Both the position numbers and the translations under genes were made by a program. Source: Squalus acanthias (Eukaryota). Taken from it: 64,000 bases of DNA. The stretch is from contig CM059433.1 in NCBI GenBank assembly GCA_030390025.1, forward strand, positions 62,001-126,000, given 5' to 3'. Below the pieces are notes generated by a model that was not told the origin of the DNA, made no database searches, and was given only the letters and a program-made list of their open reading frames with translations. Shown here one piece after another: positions 38,882-51,400 of this stretch. Positions within the stretch are counted from its first letter, which is position 1; each line of letters starts with the position of its first letter.

Positions 38882-40690
38882 TCATGGGGTACTATTAGAC
38901 GGTCCTGCGGCACCTACGGGGCCGGTTGCGACCGCCACCTTTCCATGTGCACTCAAAAGATTGCGCATGGCTCCTAACACTACTTCGAGGTCGTCGGGAG
39001 GGGTGGGTGCATTAGCTTCCCTAGCCGGGACAGGCGCCTGGGCTCGGACCGCGGGATTTTTATCCTTGGAATCTTTCCAAGGGTTCCTGCAATGCTTGCG
39101 CCAGTGCCCTGTCTTCCCACACCCGTAACAAGCATTACTTGCCTGTGGGGCGCGATTACCCTCCTGATGCCACTCTCTTTGATACGGGGCTGCGGGTCGT
39201 ACCTCATGTACTTTTCCCTTAAGGGGACGTGTTGCCATACCCCTTATATTGCGATATCCTAACGTGAGTCGATTCAAGACCGACTCTTCCGTAATGTTGG
39301 GGTCATTGGGATCAAACCATGCTTTTGCCTGCTCTCTGACGGCTGGTAAACTGTTGGCTATTATGCACCTAAGCCAATGAGCTAAACCGGCGCCTTCCAC
39401 ATCTTCGCGCTCGGCCGCACCTAGACAGCTGCGCTCATATACTGGCCACAGCCTGTCGGCAAAAACCTTCGGGGGTTCTCCCTCCATCTGCACTGTCTGT
39501 CCCACTCTAGCAAACGGACCTTCCTCGTTCGCCCCCAACACTTCCAGGACCTCATTCTTTAATGCCTCATAAGTCTTGGTTCCCCTCTTGCTCTCGCCTG
39601 AGAGACACTGAAGGACCGAGCTGTCTAATGAGAACAGCAGCATTTTTGCTGTTTCCCCATCATCGCAGCCGTTAATGGCTGCGGCTTGCTCAACTTCTCT
39701 GAAATGTACGGAAGGGTCGTCTGACTCGGTCAGCTTCCGTACGTGATTTATCATAGCTCTCAACTGGTGTGAGCTGTGAGGCAACACAAGCTGTCCGAGG
39801 AGGTCCCCTGGTTCTTCCCCACCGTTTCTGTTTGGGCCCCTTTTAATACCCGTTACTGGATACAACGGTCCCTTTTCCACTTCTTTCTCAATGGGCTCTT
39901 TCGTTTCTTCCATTGCTTCCTCCCTAACCCAGGTTTCCGAGTAGCTGGGTGGCGCGGAGGGCGCAGTGGCTACTACTTCCTCTGCTTTACTTGGTGGGGA
40001 TTTCTTAAACTTCTCACTTACTAGCGGCTGGTGTGCTGACGGACTGATGAGGCACACCATACCGTGCGCTTTGTTCACGGTCCTTTTGAGGTGCTCTATC
40101 TCTTTTTGGCAGGCGCTATGATCGGCTCCCTGAAACTTATCCTCAAGGGCCAACTTATATGCCGCCCTAACCCCCGTTAAGCTCTCTTCCTGAGTTCTTA
40201 TCTGGGCAGCTTGGCGGGCACATCTTTCCTTTAACCTGCTCTCATTTAACTTTGCCTCAGTGACCTGGCACTCGAGGTAATCTATCCTTGTTTTATGGTG
40301 ACTGGAGATTTCCTGGCGTTCTTGGTGCAACGCACTTAAATTCCTAATGAGCATTTCCCCTCCAGAAACCTTCTCATCCATTTCTCCCTCTAAATGACTG
40401 ATTCGAGCTGTTAGCGCTGTAATGGTCTGGTTTGAAATCTGGACCTGCCTTTTGTAACACATTAGCCAGACTGCTTTCTCGAGTGTCTTTTTATGTTCTT
40501 TACTATCTGTCCACCTTTCGGCTGCCTCTAGCGGGCTTTTATCCGCTAACAATTCACTTATCCATTTCTTAGTTAGATTAACCTTTCCGAACACATAATC
40601 TGCTATCTTTTCCTGCATAACATTTCGTACAGTCATTCCAAAGTCTAACACACTACCCTCTCGCTGCCAGTGTCCTGCCGCGGTCGCCAT
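38882..40690 (-). CDS. gag: Gag (602 aa): coiled-coil N-terminal part, capsid-like region, one CCHC zinc knuckle
   Basis: CYGCGKTGHWRKHC; PSAP and PPSY late-domain-like motifs (APSAPPSY); lies between PBS and protease. Confidence 0.92.
   Translation of the reverse strand: MATAAGHWQREGSVLDFGMTVRNVMQEKIADYVFGKVNLTKKWISELLADKSPLEAAERWTDSKEHKKTLEKAVWLMCYKRQVQISNQTITALTARISHLEGEMDEKVSGGEMLIRNLSALHQERQEISSHHKTRIDYLECQVTEAKLNESRLKERCARQAAQIRTQEESLTGVRAAYKLALEDKFQGADHSACQKEIEHLKRTVNKAHGMVCLISPSAHQPLVSEKFKKSPPSKAEEVVATAPSAPPSYSETWVREEAMEETKEPIEKEVEKGPLYPVTGIKRGPNRNGGEEPGDLLGQLVLPHSSHQLRAMINHVRKLTESDDPSVHFREVEQAAAINGCDDGETAKMLLFSLDSSVLQCLSGESKRGTKTYEALKNEVLEVLGANEEGPFARVGQTVQMEGEPPKVFADRLWPVYERSCLGAAEREDVEGAGLAHWLRCIIANSLPAVREQAKAWFDPNDPNITEESVLNRLTLGYRNIRGMATRPLKGKVHEVRPAAPYQREWHQEGNRAPQASNACYGCGKTGHWRKHCRNPWKDSKDKNPAVRAQAPVPAREANAPTPPDDLEVVLGAMRNLLSAHGKVAVATGPVGAAGPSNSTP
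40673..40689 (-). promoter_or_regulatory. Primer binding site, tRNA-Ser-like
   Basis: TGGCGACCGCGGCAGGA 5 nt downstream of the 5' LTR; resembles the complement of vertebrate tRNA-Ser 3' ends as I recall them, imperfect match. Confidence 0.65.
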
Positions 40691-40694
40691 TTTC

Positions 40695-42343
40695 TGTAAG
40701 GGATTCTGACCCTGCGTGTCTCGCAGCCTGTGAGATTCACGCGGCTCTGTGCAGCCTGTATGTCAGTGCGGGTTTAGGCCTTGTTGCCTGTTCTGGTCTC
40801 CAGCCAGTCTGGGAGCACTAGACACACCTGTGAGTGGTTCGAATCACTCGCCCTTACGGTTCTAGACACTGGACTTAGATGCGAGAGCAGTAATGGAGAT
40901 GAAACTCATGTAGACTCGGTTGAATGGTACGAAATGGAAAATCTTTATTGCATGATATTTAGGATTACGAAATACATGTCATAAGCACAGATTAATGACA
41001 GTACAATCTTACAAGCAGTTATATAGCTGATCCTAGGGAAACGAGGAACGAACGACACACCGTAAATAGGGGCACACATTACAAGTATCCTTAATACTTA
41101 AACCCTCCCCTATCAATATCTGTCCTAACTAAATTCGTAGGATTTCGAGACTCATGCTCACCACTCGTGATAACTCGGAGAAATTCCGAATAGCTGATCG
41201 GATGTTTTTCACCGCAGCACCCACGTGTCGGTCAGGAGATCTCCTGGTCCCACTTGTTTACTTGCTTCTGCTCCGGCTAGCAGGCTGGACCGTCTGCTGT
41301 GATGAAGATCTGTGTTGGTTTAACAGGTACTTTTCCGAATAGGTTTCACAGACCAGTCAATATCATCGGTGATGATCCGTTCTTGCAAGTTCAAAGAAGT
41401 CTTCCTGGCAAGGAAAACTTGGCTATTCGACCTACAGGCGCGGTCGGGATTTACTGACCGTGGCGATGAGTATGGTCTTCCTCTCTTCTCATCTCATCTC
41501 ATCTCATCTCATCTCATCTCATCTCGGGCCTTTGGTTCCGCTGCCAGTTACCAACATAGGTCTTCGTTACGCGACACGAGGTAGATCCGAACGGATCAGA
41601 AAGTTCAACAGTCTTTTTCAAAGAGGCACCAGGCAAGCAGGAACCAGACTACGAGTCAAAACGCAGGAGCAGCCACGAGGTTACGAGTCGATCGGATAAG
41701 AGAATAAGAGAAAGATGGACGGTTGGAGCTTGTAATTATAGTACAAAATCTTCCGTTTCCCGCCCAACCTTAATGTCCTTTCTTTTGTTTGGGTCTGGCG
41801 CTCAACTGTCTTGTATGGGTGATCTCCGTTCTTAATGGGTTTCGGGGCTACTCGTAAATGTCTGAGTACCTGTTAATATTTCTCCCATTGTTAAATCGGT
41901 CGGTGTTCTCCCTGGAGGGGTTTTGGGGCTTCCAAGTGTTTTGTATAACTACCTGCTAACGGCTCTCTCATCGTAGAGTCGTTGGGATTTTACATATTAA
42001 TGTCTTTTGGATGGGCCCTTGATTACTCGGTACAATAGCTTTCATTCGTACCTGGGAGACCGATTTCAGTATTTATGTGTATACTGCAAACCCATAATGT
42101 CTCGTGTATTATCTTCACTGTGCTGAATCTTAATCGATCTTGCACAAATGTTTATTGGAACGCCATCTTGTCTGCCTGTCGAAAAGTCTAGAATGTTCTG
42201 TCACGAGGTGCGGCGGCCATTTTACAGGCTGCTTGTGTCCACTTTGAGAAACCTGACCGCATTCTGCTGAAATAAAAGCTGTTTGAACGGGACTCTGTGT
42301 TTTCTCCTTATTAATAAAATCGCGATAAATTGCGAATTCTACA
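40695..42343 (-). repeat. 5' LTR (1649 bp)
   Basis: Differs from the 3' LTR by about five substitutions seen by eye and one TCATC unit (7 versus 8). Confidence 0.97.
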
Positions 42344-42347
42344 AGAC

Positions 42348-42780
42348 TTACATTCGCTAGAGTTTCGAAGAATGAGGGGGGATCTCATTGAAACTTATAA
42401 AATTCTAACAGGACTAGACAGAATAGATGCAGGAAGGATGTTCCCGATGGCAGTGGAGTCCAGAACCAGGGATCATAGTCTAAGGATAATGGGTAAGCCA
42501 TTTTGGACTGAGATGAGGAGGAATTTCTTCACCCTGAGAGTGGTGAACCTGTGGAATTCTCTACCACAGTCGGCAGTTGAGGCCAATTCATTAAATATAT
42601 TCAAGAAGGAGTTGGATATATTTCTTAAGGCTAAGGGGATCAAGGGATATGGGGAGAAAGCAGGGACAGGGTACTGAATTTGGATGATCAGCCATGATCA
42701 CATTAAATGGCGGAACAGGCTCGAGGGGCCGAATGGCCTACTCCTGCTCCTATCTTCTATATTTCTATGTTTCTATGTTT
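42348..42780 (+). mobile_element. CR1 3' end (continuation of 27188..29621)
   Basis: LHSLEFRRMRGDLIE..WNSLP..GYGEKAG, 3' UTR, TTCTATGT tail. Confidence 0.93.
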
Positions 42781-43299
42781 AACACTATGAGCCAACATCC
42801 CTCACTGTAACAATCTTCTTTACCCCACACCCCTCACTGTTATACACTGATATTCCCCACATTCCTCGCTCTAACACTTTTATATACCACACACCCCTCA
42901 CTCTAACACTGATATCCCTCACACCACTCAAAGTAATCCGCTGATATACCCCACACCTCTCACTGTAATACTGATAAACGTTGTACCACTCTTGTATACT
43001 GCGGAACATCACTGTAACACTCTGATATACTCCAACTCAATCACTGTAATGCAATCTGATATAATTCACAGCAAACAAAGTAACACTCTGATATATCTTA
43101 CACCCCTCACTGTAACACCCTGATAAACCCCTAAATGTAACACTCTGATATCTACCACACCCAACACTGTAACACTCTGATACATCCCACATCACTCACT
43201 GTAACACTGATATACCCCACAGCCTCACAGTAACACTCTGATATAACCCACAGCCTCACAGTAACACTATGATATAGCCCAAACGCTTCACTGTAACAT

Positions 43300-43420
43300 G
43301 ATGTGGAGATGCCGGCGTTGGACTGGGGTGGACAAAAATTAGAAGTCGCACAACACCAGGTTATAGTCCAACAGATTTATTTAATTTTACAAGCTTTCGA
43401 AGCAATTCGCTCCTTCGTTA
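43300..43420 (-). mobile_element. Penelope-like terminal remnant with a truncated hammerhead core
   Basis: Minus strand ..ACGA-AGGAGC-gaatt-GCTTC-GAAA-GC-TT; the CUG of the core is missing at the junction. Confidence 0.5.
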
Positions 43421-45635
43421 ACAATCTGTTACGCTTAACATCCCTCACTGTAACACACTGCTTTACCCCACACCCTACACTGAAACACTCTTATTTACAC
43501 CACAACCATCATTGTAACACTCTGATATACCCCACACCCATCGCTGTAACACGCTTATACACCCAACACCACTCACTGTAACATTCTGATATACACTACA
43601 CGACTCAATGTAACAATCTCATATACACCACACCCCTCACTGGAACAATCTGATATACCCTAAACCACTCACGTAACACTCTGATTTACCCCACGTTAGT
43701 CACTGTAACAATCTGTTACGCTTAACATCCCTCACTGTAACACACTGCTATTCCCCACACTCTTCGTTGTAAAACTCTAATATACCACACCTCACTAAAT
43801 GTAACACTCTGATATATGCCACACCCATCATTATAACGCTCTGATATATACCACTCCCCTCAAATTGACGCTCTGATATACTCCACATCCCTCACTGTAA
43901 CATTATGATATACCCCACCCCCGTTACTTTAACACTATGATACAGCCAACATCCCTCACTGTAACAAACTTCTTCACGCCACACCCCTCACTGTTACACA
44001 CTGATATTCCCAACATCCCTCGCTCAAACAGTCTGATATTCCACACACCCCTCTCTCTAACACTGATATCGCTCACACCACTCACTGTAATCCTTTGATG
44101 TCCCCCACACCTCTCACTGTAATACAGATATACCTCGTTCCACTCTTATATACTCCGGCCCCCTCACTGTAACACTCTGACATACTCCAACTCCATCAAT
44201 GTAGAACAATCTGATATACTTCACACTCCAAAATGTAACACTCTGATATAACTCACAACCCTCACTGTAACATCCTGATAAACCCCTCAATGCAACACTC
44301 TTATATACACCGCACCCACACTGTAGCACTCTGATACACTCCATACCAATCAATGCAACACTCTTCTATACCCCAGAGCCCACACTGTAACATATAATGA
44401 TTTACTTCACACCGCTCGCTGTAACACTCTGATATAACCCACACCCTCACTGTAACACTATGATATAGTCCACACCCCTCAATGTAACACTCTGCTTTGC
44501 AACACACCCCTCACTGTAACACTCTTGTATACGACACATCCCTCACTGTAACAGTCTGATATACCCCACACGCCTCACCGTAAACCTATGATGTACCTGA
44601 CACCTCTCACTTTAACTCACTTATATATCACACACCCCTCACTGTAACAATCAGTTATACTCCACACTCTTCACTGTAACACTTAGATATAACCTACACC
44701 CCTCACTTTAAAACTCTGATATACCCCACATCCCGCACTGTAACAATCTGATATGCTCTACACACCTCACTGTAGGACATTGCTAATCCACACACTCTTC
44801 AATGTAACACCCTGATATACAAACCCCACTAAATGTAACACTCTGATCTACCCCAATCTTCTCAGTGCAACGTCTTGAAATAGCCGACACCCCCGTAAAT
44901 CTCTGATATAGACCTCAAAACTCGCTATAAGTCTCTGATATACGCCACACACATCACTATAACGCGCTGATATAACCCACACCTCTCAAATTAACACTAT
45001 AGTATACCCCACACCACTCACTTTAACAGTATGATCTAGCCAACACCCCTTACTGGAAAACACTTCTTTACACCACACCCCTCATTGATTCACTCTGATA
45101 TTCCCCACATCCCTCGCTCTAACAATCTGGTATACGTCACACCCCTGAAAAGAAAACTGATATACGCAACACACCCTACTTTTATCCTCTGATATACCCC
45201 ACACCCCTCACTGTAATACTGATATACCTCGCATCACTCCGATATACTCCGGCACCCTCACTGCAACACTTTGATATACTCCACCTCCATCACTGTAACC
45301 GACTCTGCTATACTCCACACCAATCACTGTAACACTCTGATATAGCCCGCACCCCTCACTGTAACACTCTAATAGACCCCACACCACTCAATGTAACAAT
45401 CTTATATACCCCACACCCCACACTATAACATAATCTGATATACTTCATAACCCTCAATCTAATACTCTGATATAACCCACACCCTCACTGTAACATTATG
45501 ATATAGCACACCCACTCACTGTAATAATCTGCGTTATCCCACACACATTACTCTAACACTGATATACCCCACACCCCTCACATTAAAAATCTGAGATATC
45601 CCACAACTCTCACTCTCTATTATATACCACACACA

Positions 45636-46538
45636 TGTAAGATCTTAACGAAATCTGAGTTCTTGGACAAGACACCAATAGGCAGCAGCCAGTATGTTTG
45701 AGCAATAGATCAAGATTTATTAAACTTACAGCGTAATAGACTTAATATTAGGTGATAGTTGTAATGAGTAGCTCGCAGCCCTAGGTCTCTGGAACCTCTT
45801 GGACACAGATGACGTCGTCTTAAGTCCGTTCCTTTGTCCTCGCAGTACGTCTGAGTGAAACTGTTCTTTGGGTATCGAGGCTTTAACCCTTTTCTTATCA
45901 AAAGTTGGTTGGCCAGTGTCCATAGATGGTCTTCAACAAAATCACCTTTTATAATAGGTTCCAATGGTCAAAATACCATTGTCACTCAGACTAAGGTAGC
46001 ATCCCGCCTTTCCAGTATTTTTCCACCAAATTTACCATGTTCAGTGTTATCTGATTTATAGTTTTTCACCCCATTGGAATTTACTTTATCTTTTTCATTT
46101 CTAGCTTCCCTGGTACAAGGCCTTTATACCGAGGGCCCATATCAGCGCTGTTTCACCAATCTTGAGGTATCCAAACTATCTCACTATAATCTACCAGTTA
46201 AATACCTTATCTCCATGATCTCTCTGAGTTTATGTCAATATACCAATTATTTTTTAAATATCGTTGCAATTAGTTTTGTTAAGTGAATTCGAATTTCTAC
46301 TTATCATCATCATTTTTTTTTGTTGCAATTTAACCTTCACTCACAGTCTGTGGTTGTTTGTTATCAAAACGTATTCACCACTGCTTTTGACTGTGCAGCT
46401 ACATTTTGAATACGTCTTAGCTTTTTTAGTTACTCAGGAGTAATTCTGGGTAATATTTTTTGCTCAATGGCTACACTTGAAGTTATACATATATGATTCT
46501 CGGCTACTAAATATCTTTAAATATCAGCCTTTCGTACA
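45636..46538 (-). mobile_element. Candidate solo LTR (903 bp)
   Basis: TGTA..TACA termini, imperfect CACA/CACC TSD in the satellite, minus-strand TATAAAA (~45950) and AATAAA (~45718). Confidence 0.7.
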
Positions 46539-48431
46539 CACCCTTCACTGTAACAATCTGACATACCGCACACCCCTCACTGTGACACAAGCTGATATAA
46601 TCCACCTCCATCACTGTAACATTCTCTGATAAAGTTGAAACCCTTCACTGTAGCAATATGATATAGCACACACCCCTCACTGTAATACTCTAATAAACCC
46701 CACACCCCACACAGTAACACACCGATATACACCACACCCCTCACTGTGACACTCTGATACACCCCAAACCACTCAATGTAACACACTTACAGACCTCACA
46801 TCCTACACTATAACACTCTGATATCCCCCACAACTCTCACTGTAACACTCTGATATACCCCACACCCCTCACTGTAACACTCTGATATACTCCAAACCCC
46901 TCACTGTAACACTCTGATATACAGCACACCCATGAAGCACTCTTATATATCACACACTCCTCACTGCAAATCTCTGAGGCACTACATAGCCAATCCTATA
47001 ACACTCTATAAATACCACACACACCACACTTTAACACTCTGATTTAACCCACACCTCTCACTGTAACTATCTGATATACCCTACACCCCTCAAAGTAACA
47101 CTGATATACCCCACATCTCTCGCCCTAACACTCTGATATACCACACACCCCTCTCTCTAATACTGAAAACACGCACACCACTCACTGTAATCCTCTGATA
47201 TACCCCACACCTCTCACTGTAATACTCATATACCTCGTTCCCCTCTTATATACTCCGGCCCCCTCACTGTAACACTCTGATATACTCTAACTCCATCACT
47301 GTAACACATTTTGATATACATCAATCCCCACAATTTAACACTCTGATATACCTCACACCCCTCACTGTAACACACTGATAAACCGCTCAATATAACACTC
47401 TTATATACCCCACACCCAACAGTGTAACAATCTGATATACCCCACAGCACTCACTGTGACACTCTGATACACCCCATACCTCTCAATGTAACACTTTTAA
47501 ATACCCCACACCATTCACTGTGACAGGCGGATACACCCCGCACCCCTCAATGTAGCACTCTTATATACACCACACCCCACACTCTAACATAATATGATAA
47601 ACTCCACACCCCTCGATATGTCACCCGATACACCCCTCAAATGTACTCTCTTATATAGCCCACACCCTCACTGTAACACCCTGATACATGCCTCAATGTA
47701 ACACTCTTTTATACTCCACAAACCACACGATAACACTCTGATATCCCCCAAAACCCTCACTGTAACAGTCTGATATACTCCACACACCTCACTATAATAC
47801 TCTGATATGCACCACACCCCCGAAACACTCATATATATCCCACACTCCTCACTGCAAATCTCTGATACACTACACAGCCAACACTATAACACTGTGAAAT
47901 ACTACACACACCACACTGTATCAATTTAATGTAACCCACACCCATCACTGTAACAATCTGATATACCCTACACCCCTCACTGTAACACTCTGATTTACCT
48001 CAGACCACTCATTGTAATACTTTGATATACATCACACCCCTCACTGTAACATACTGATATACCCCACATCCTTCACGCTAACACTCTAATATACACCTCA
48101 CTCTTCACTTTAACACTTTGATATTCACCACGAATCTCATTGTAACAATCAGCTACGCTTAACACCCATCACTGTAACACACATCTATTCCCCACACTTA
48201 TCACTGTAACACTCTGATTTAACCCACAGCCCTCACTGTAACAATCTGATATATCCTACACCCCTCACTGTAACACTATGATTTATCCCACACCACTCAG
48301 TGTAAGACACTGATATACATCACACCCCTCACCGTAACACTCTGATATAGCCCATATCCCTCACTTTAACACTCTAATTTACACCTCACCATTCACTTTA
48401 ACACTCTGATATACACCACGACCCTCATTGT

Positions 48432-51400
48432 ACGGACTTCACTTGGCCAGTGCTGGGACTAGTGTCCTGGCGAATCGAATAACTAGGGCTGTAGAGAGGG
48501 CTTTAAACTAATTAGTGGGGGGGAGGTTTCAAGAGAGCAAAAAATAAAAATGACAACAGAGAGGGTCATAGACATAGGTAGCTGTAGGGGAATCACAAAT
48601 CAGAGCGTGACAGGAAGGGACAGAGTGTGTGGAGTAAAAGGTAAAGTGGTAAAAAGTGAAAAAGCAGGAACTAAGTTCCACAAAGCATATTTGAAAGTTC
48701 TCTATCTGAATGCACGTAGCATTCATAACAAAATAGACGAGTTAATGGCACAAATAACTACATATGGTTATGATATTGTGGCCATTACAGAAACATGGCT
48801 GCAGGGTGACAATGCCTGGGAATTAAACATACCAGGTTATTTAACGATCAGGAAGGACAGGCAGGAAGGAAGGGGAGGTGGGGTGGCTATGTTAATAAAG
48901 GAAGGAATCACTGTAATACAGAGTAATGATATTGGGTCAAAAAATCATGATAATGAAACAGTTTGGGTGGAGATAAGGAATAATAAGGGGAAAAAAACAC
49001 TAGTGGGCGTAGTCTATAGGCCTCCGAACAGTTGCAACTCTGTTGGACGGAGTATCAATCAGGAAATAGTTGAGGCATGTAATAAGGGAACATCTATAAT
49101 TATGGGGGATTTTAACTATCATATTAATTGGACAAATCAAATGGGGCAGGGCTGCCTTGAGGATGAGTTCATTGAGTGTATTAGGGATGGGTTTCTTGAG
49201 CAGTATGTAACTGAACCGACCAGGGGGCAAGCAACCTTAGATCTGGTCCTGTGTAACGAGACAGGATTAATTAAAAATGTCCTAGTAAAGGATCCCCTTG
49301 GAATGAGTGACCATAACATGGTTGAATTCCATATTCAATTAGAGGGTGAGAAGGTTGGATCTCAAACAAGCGGGCTAAGCTTGAATAAAGGAGACTATGA
49401 AGGTATGCGAGCGGAATTGAGTAGAGTGGATTGGGAAAATAGATTAAAGGGTAAGACGACACATGATCAGTGGTGTACATTCAAGGAGTTATTTTACAAC
49501 TTCCAAAAAATATATATTCCACTGAAAAGAAAAGGGTGTAAAAGAAAGGACAGTCATCCGTGGCTAAGTAAAGAAATTAAGGATAGTATTCGACTAAAAA
49601 CAAGGGCATATAAGGTAGCGAAATCTAGTGGGAGGACAGAGGATTGGGAAAACTTTAAAAGGCAGCAAAAAATAACAAAAAGATTGATTAAGAAAGGGAA
49701 GATAGATTATGAAAGTAAATCAGCAAAAAATATAAAAACAGATAGTAAGAGTTTTTATAGTTATATAAAAAGAAAAAGGGTGGCTAAAGTAAATGTTGGT
49801 CCCTTAGAGGATGAGACCGGGAAATTAATGGTGAGAAATATGGAGATGGCAAAAACACTGAATGAATATTTTGTATCAGTCTTTACAGTAGAGGACACTA
49901 AGAATATCCCAACACTGGACAAACAGGGGGCTATAGGGGGAGAGGAGCTAAACACGATCAAAATCACTAAGGAAGTGGTACTCGGTAAAATAATGGGACT
50001 CAAGGCGGATAAATCACCTGGACCTGATGGCTTACATCCTAGAGTCTTGAAGGAAGTGGCGGTCGGGATTGTAGATGCATTGGTAATAATTTTTCAAAAC
50101 TCCCTGGATTCCGCTAAGGTCCCGGCAGACTGGAAAACTGCTAATGTAACACCCTTATTTAAAAAGGGCAGTAGACAGAAGGCTGGTAACTATAGACCGG
50201 TTAGCCTAACATCTGTGGTAGGTAAAATTTTGGAGTCCATTATTAAGGAAACAGTAACAGGACATTTGGATAATCATAATTTAATAGGACAAAGTCAACA
50301 TGGTTTTACGAAGGGGAAGTCATGTTTGACAAATTTGCTGGAGTTCTTTGAGGAAGTAACATATAGAGTGGATAAAGGGGAACCAGTGGACGTAGTGTAT
50401 TTAGACTTCCAAAAGGCATTTGACAAGGTGCCACACAAAAGATTATTGCTTAAGGTAAAAAATCACGGGATTGGGGGTAATATTCTGGCATGGATAGAGG
50501 ATTGGCTATCTAACAGAAAGCAAAGAGTTGGGATAAATGGTTCATTCTCAGACTGGCAATCAGTAACTAGTGGTGTTCCACAGGGGTCAGTGCTGGGTCC
50601 CCAACTCTTTACAATCTATATTAACGATTTGGAGGAAGGGACCAAGTGTAACATATCAAAATTTGCAGATGATACAAAGATGGGAGGGAAAGTAGTGAGT
50701 GAGGAGGACATAAAAAACCTGCAAGGGGACATAGACAGGCTAAGTAAGTGGGCAGAGATTTGGCAGATGGAATACAACACTGGAAAGTGTGAGGTGATGC
50801 ACTTTGGCAGGAAAAATCCTAGAGCAATTTATTATCTTAATGGCAAGAAACTGGAGAGTACTGAAGTGCAAAGGGATCTGGGGGTCCTGGTGCACAAAAC
50901 TCAAAAGGTTAGTATGCAGGTGCAGCAAGTGATTAAGAAGGCAAATGGAATGTTGGCTTTCATTGCTAGGGGGATAGAATATAAAAATAGGGAGGTATTG
51001 CTTCAGTTGTACAAGGTACTGGTGAGACCGCACCTGGAATACTGCATACAGTTTTGGTGTCCTTACTTAAGGAAAGACATCCTTGCTCTCGAGGCAGTGC
51101 AAAAAAGGTTCACTCGGTTAATCCCGGGGATGAGGGTGTGGTCATATGAGGAGAGGTTGGGTAGATTGGGACTCTACTCATTGGAGTTCAGAAGAATGAG
51201 AGGCGATCTTATTGAAACATATAAGATTGTGAAGGGGTTGGATCGGGTGGATGCGGGGAGGATGTTCCCGATGACGGGTGAGACTAGAACTAGGGGACAT
51301 AGTCTTAGAATAAGGGGCTGCTCTTTCAAAACTGAGATGAGGAGGAACTACTTCACTCAGAGGGTGGTAGGTCCATGGAATATGCTGCCACAAAAAGCTG

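Larger units (their letters stand above)
29622..42343 (-). mobile_element. Full-length env-containing endogenous retrovirus-like provirus (lokiretrovirus-like)
   Basis: Paired TG..CA LTRs, TSD AGAC (29618-29621 / 42344-42347), PBS, PPT, order gag-PR-RT-RH-RH-IN-env. Confidence 0.95.
42781..48431. repeat. Diverged ~32-bp satellite (CCCCTCACTGTAACACTCTGATATACCCCACA)n
   Basis: Continuous imperfect units; interrupted at 43300-43420 and 45636-46538. Confidence 0.95.
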
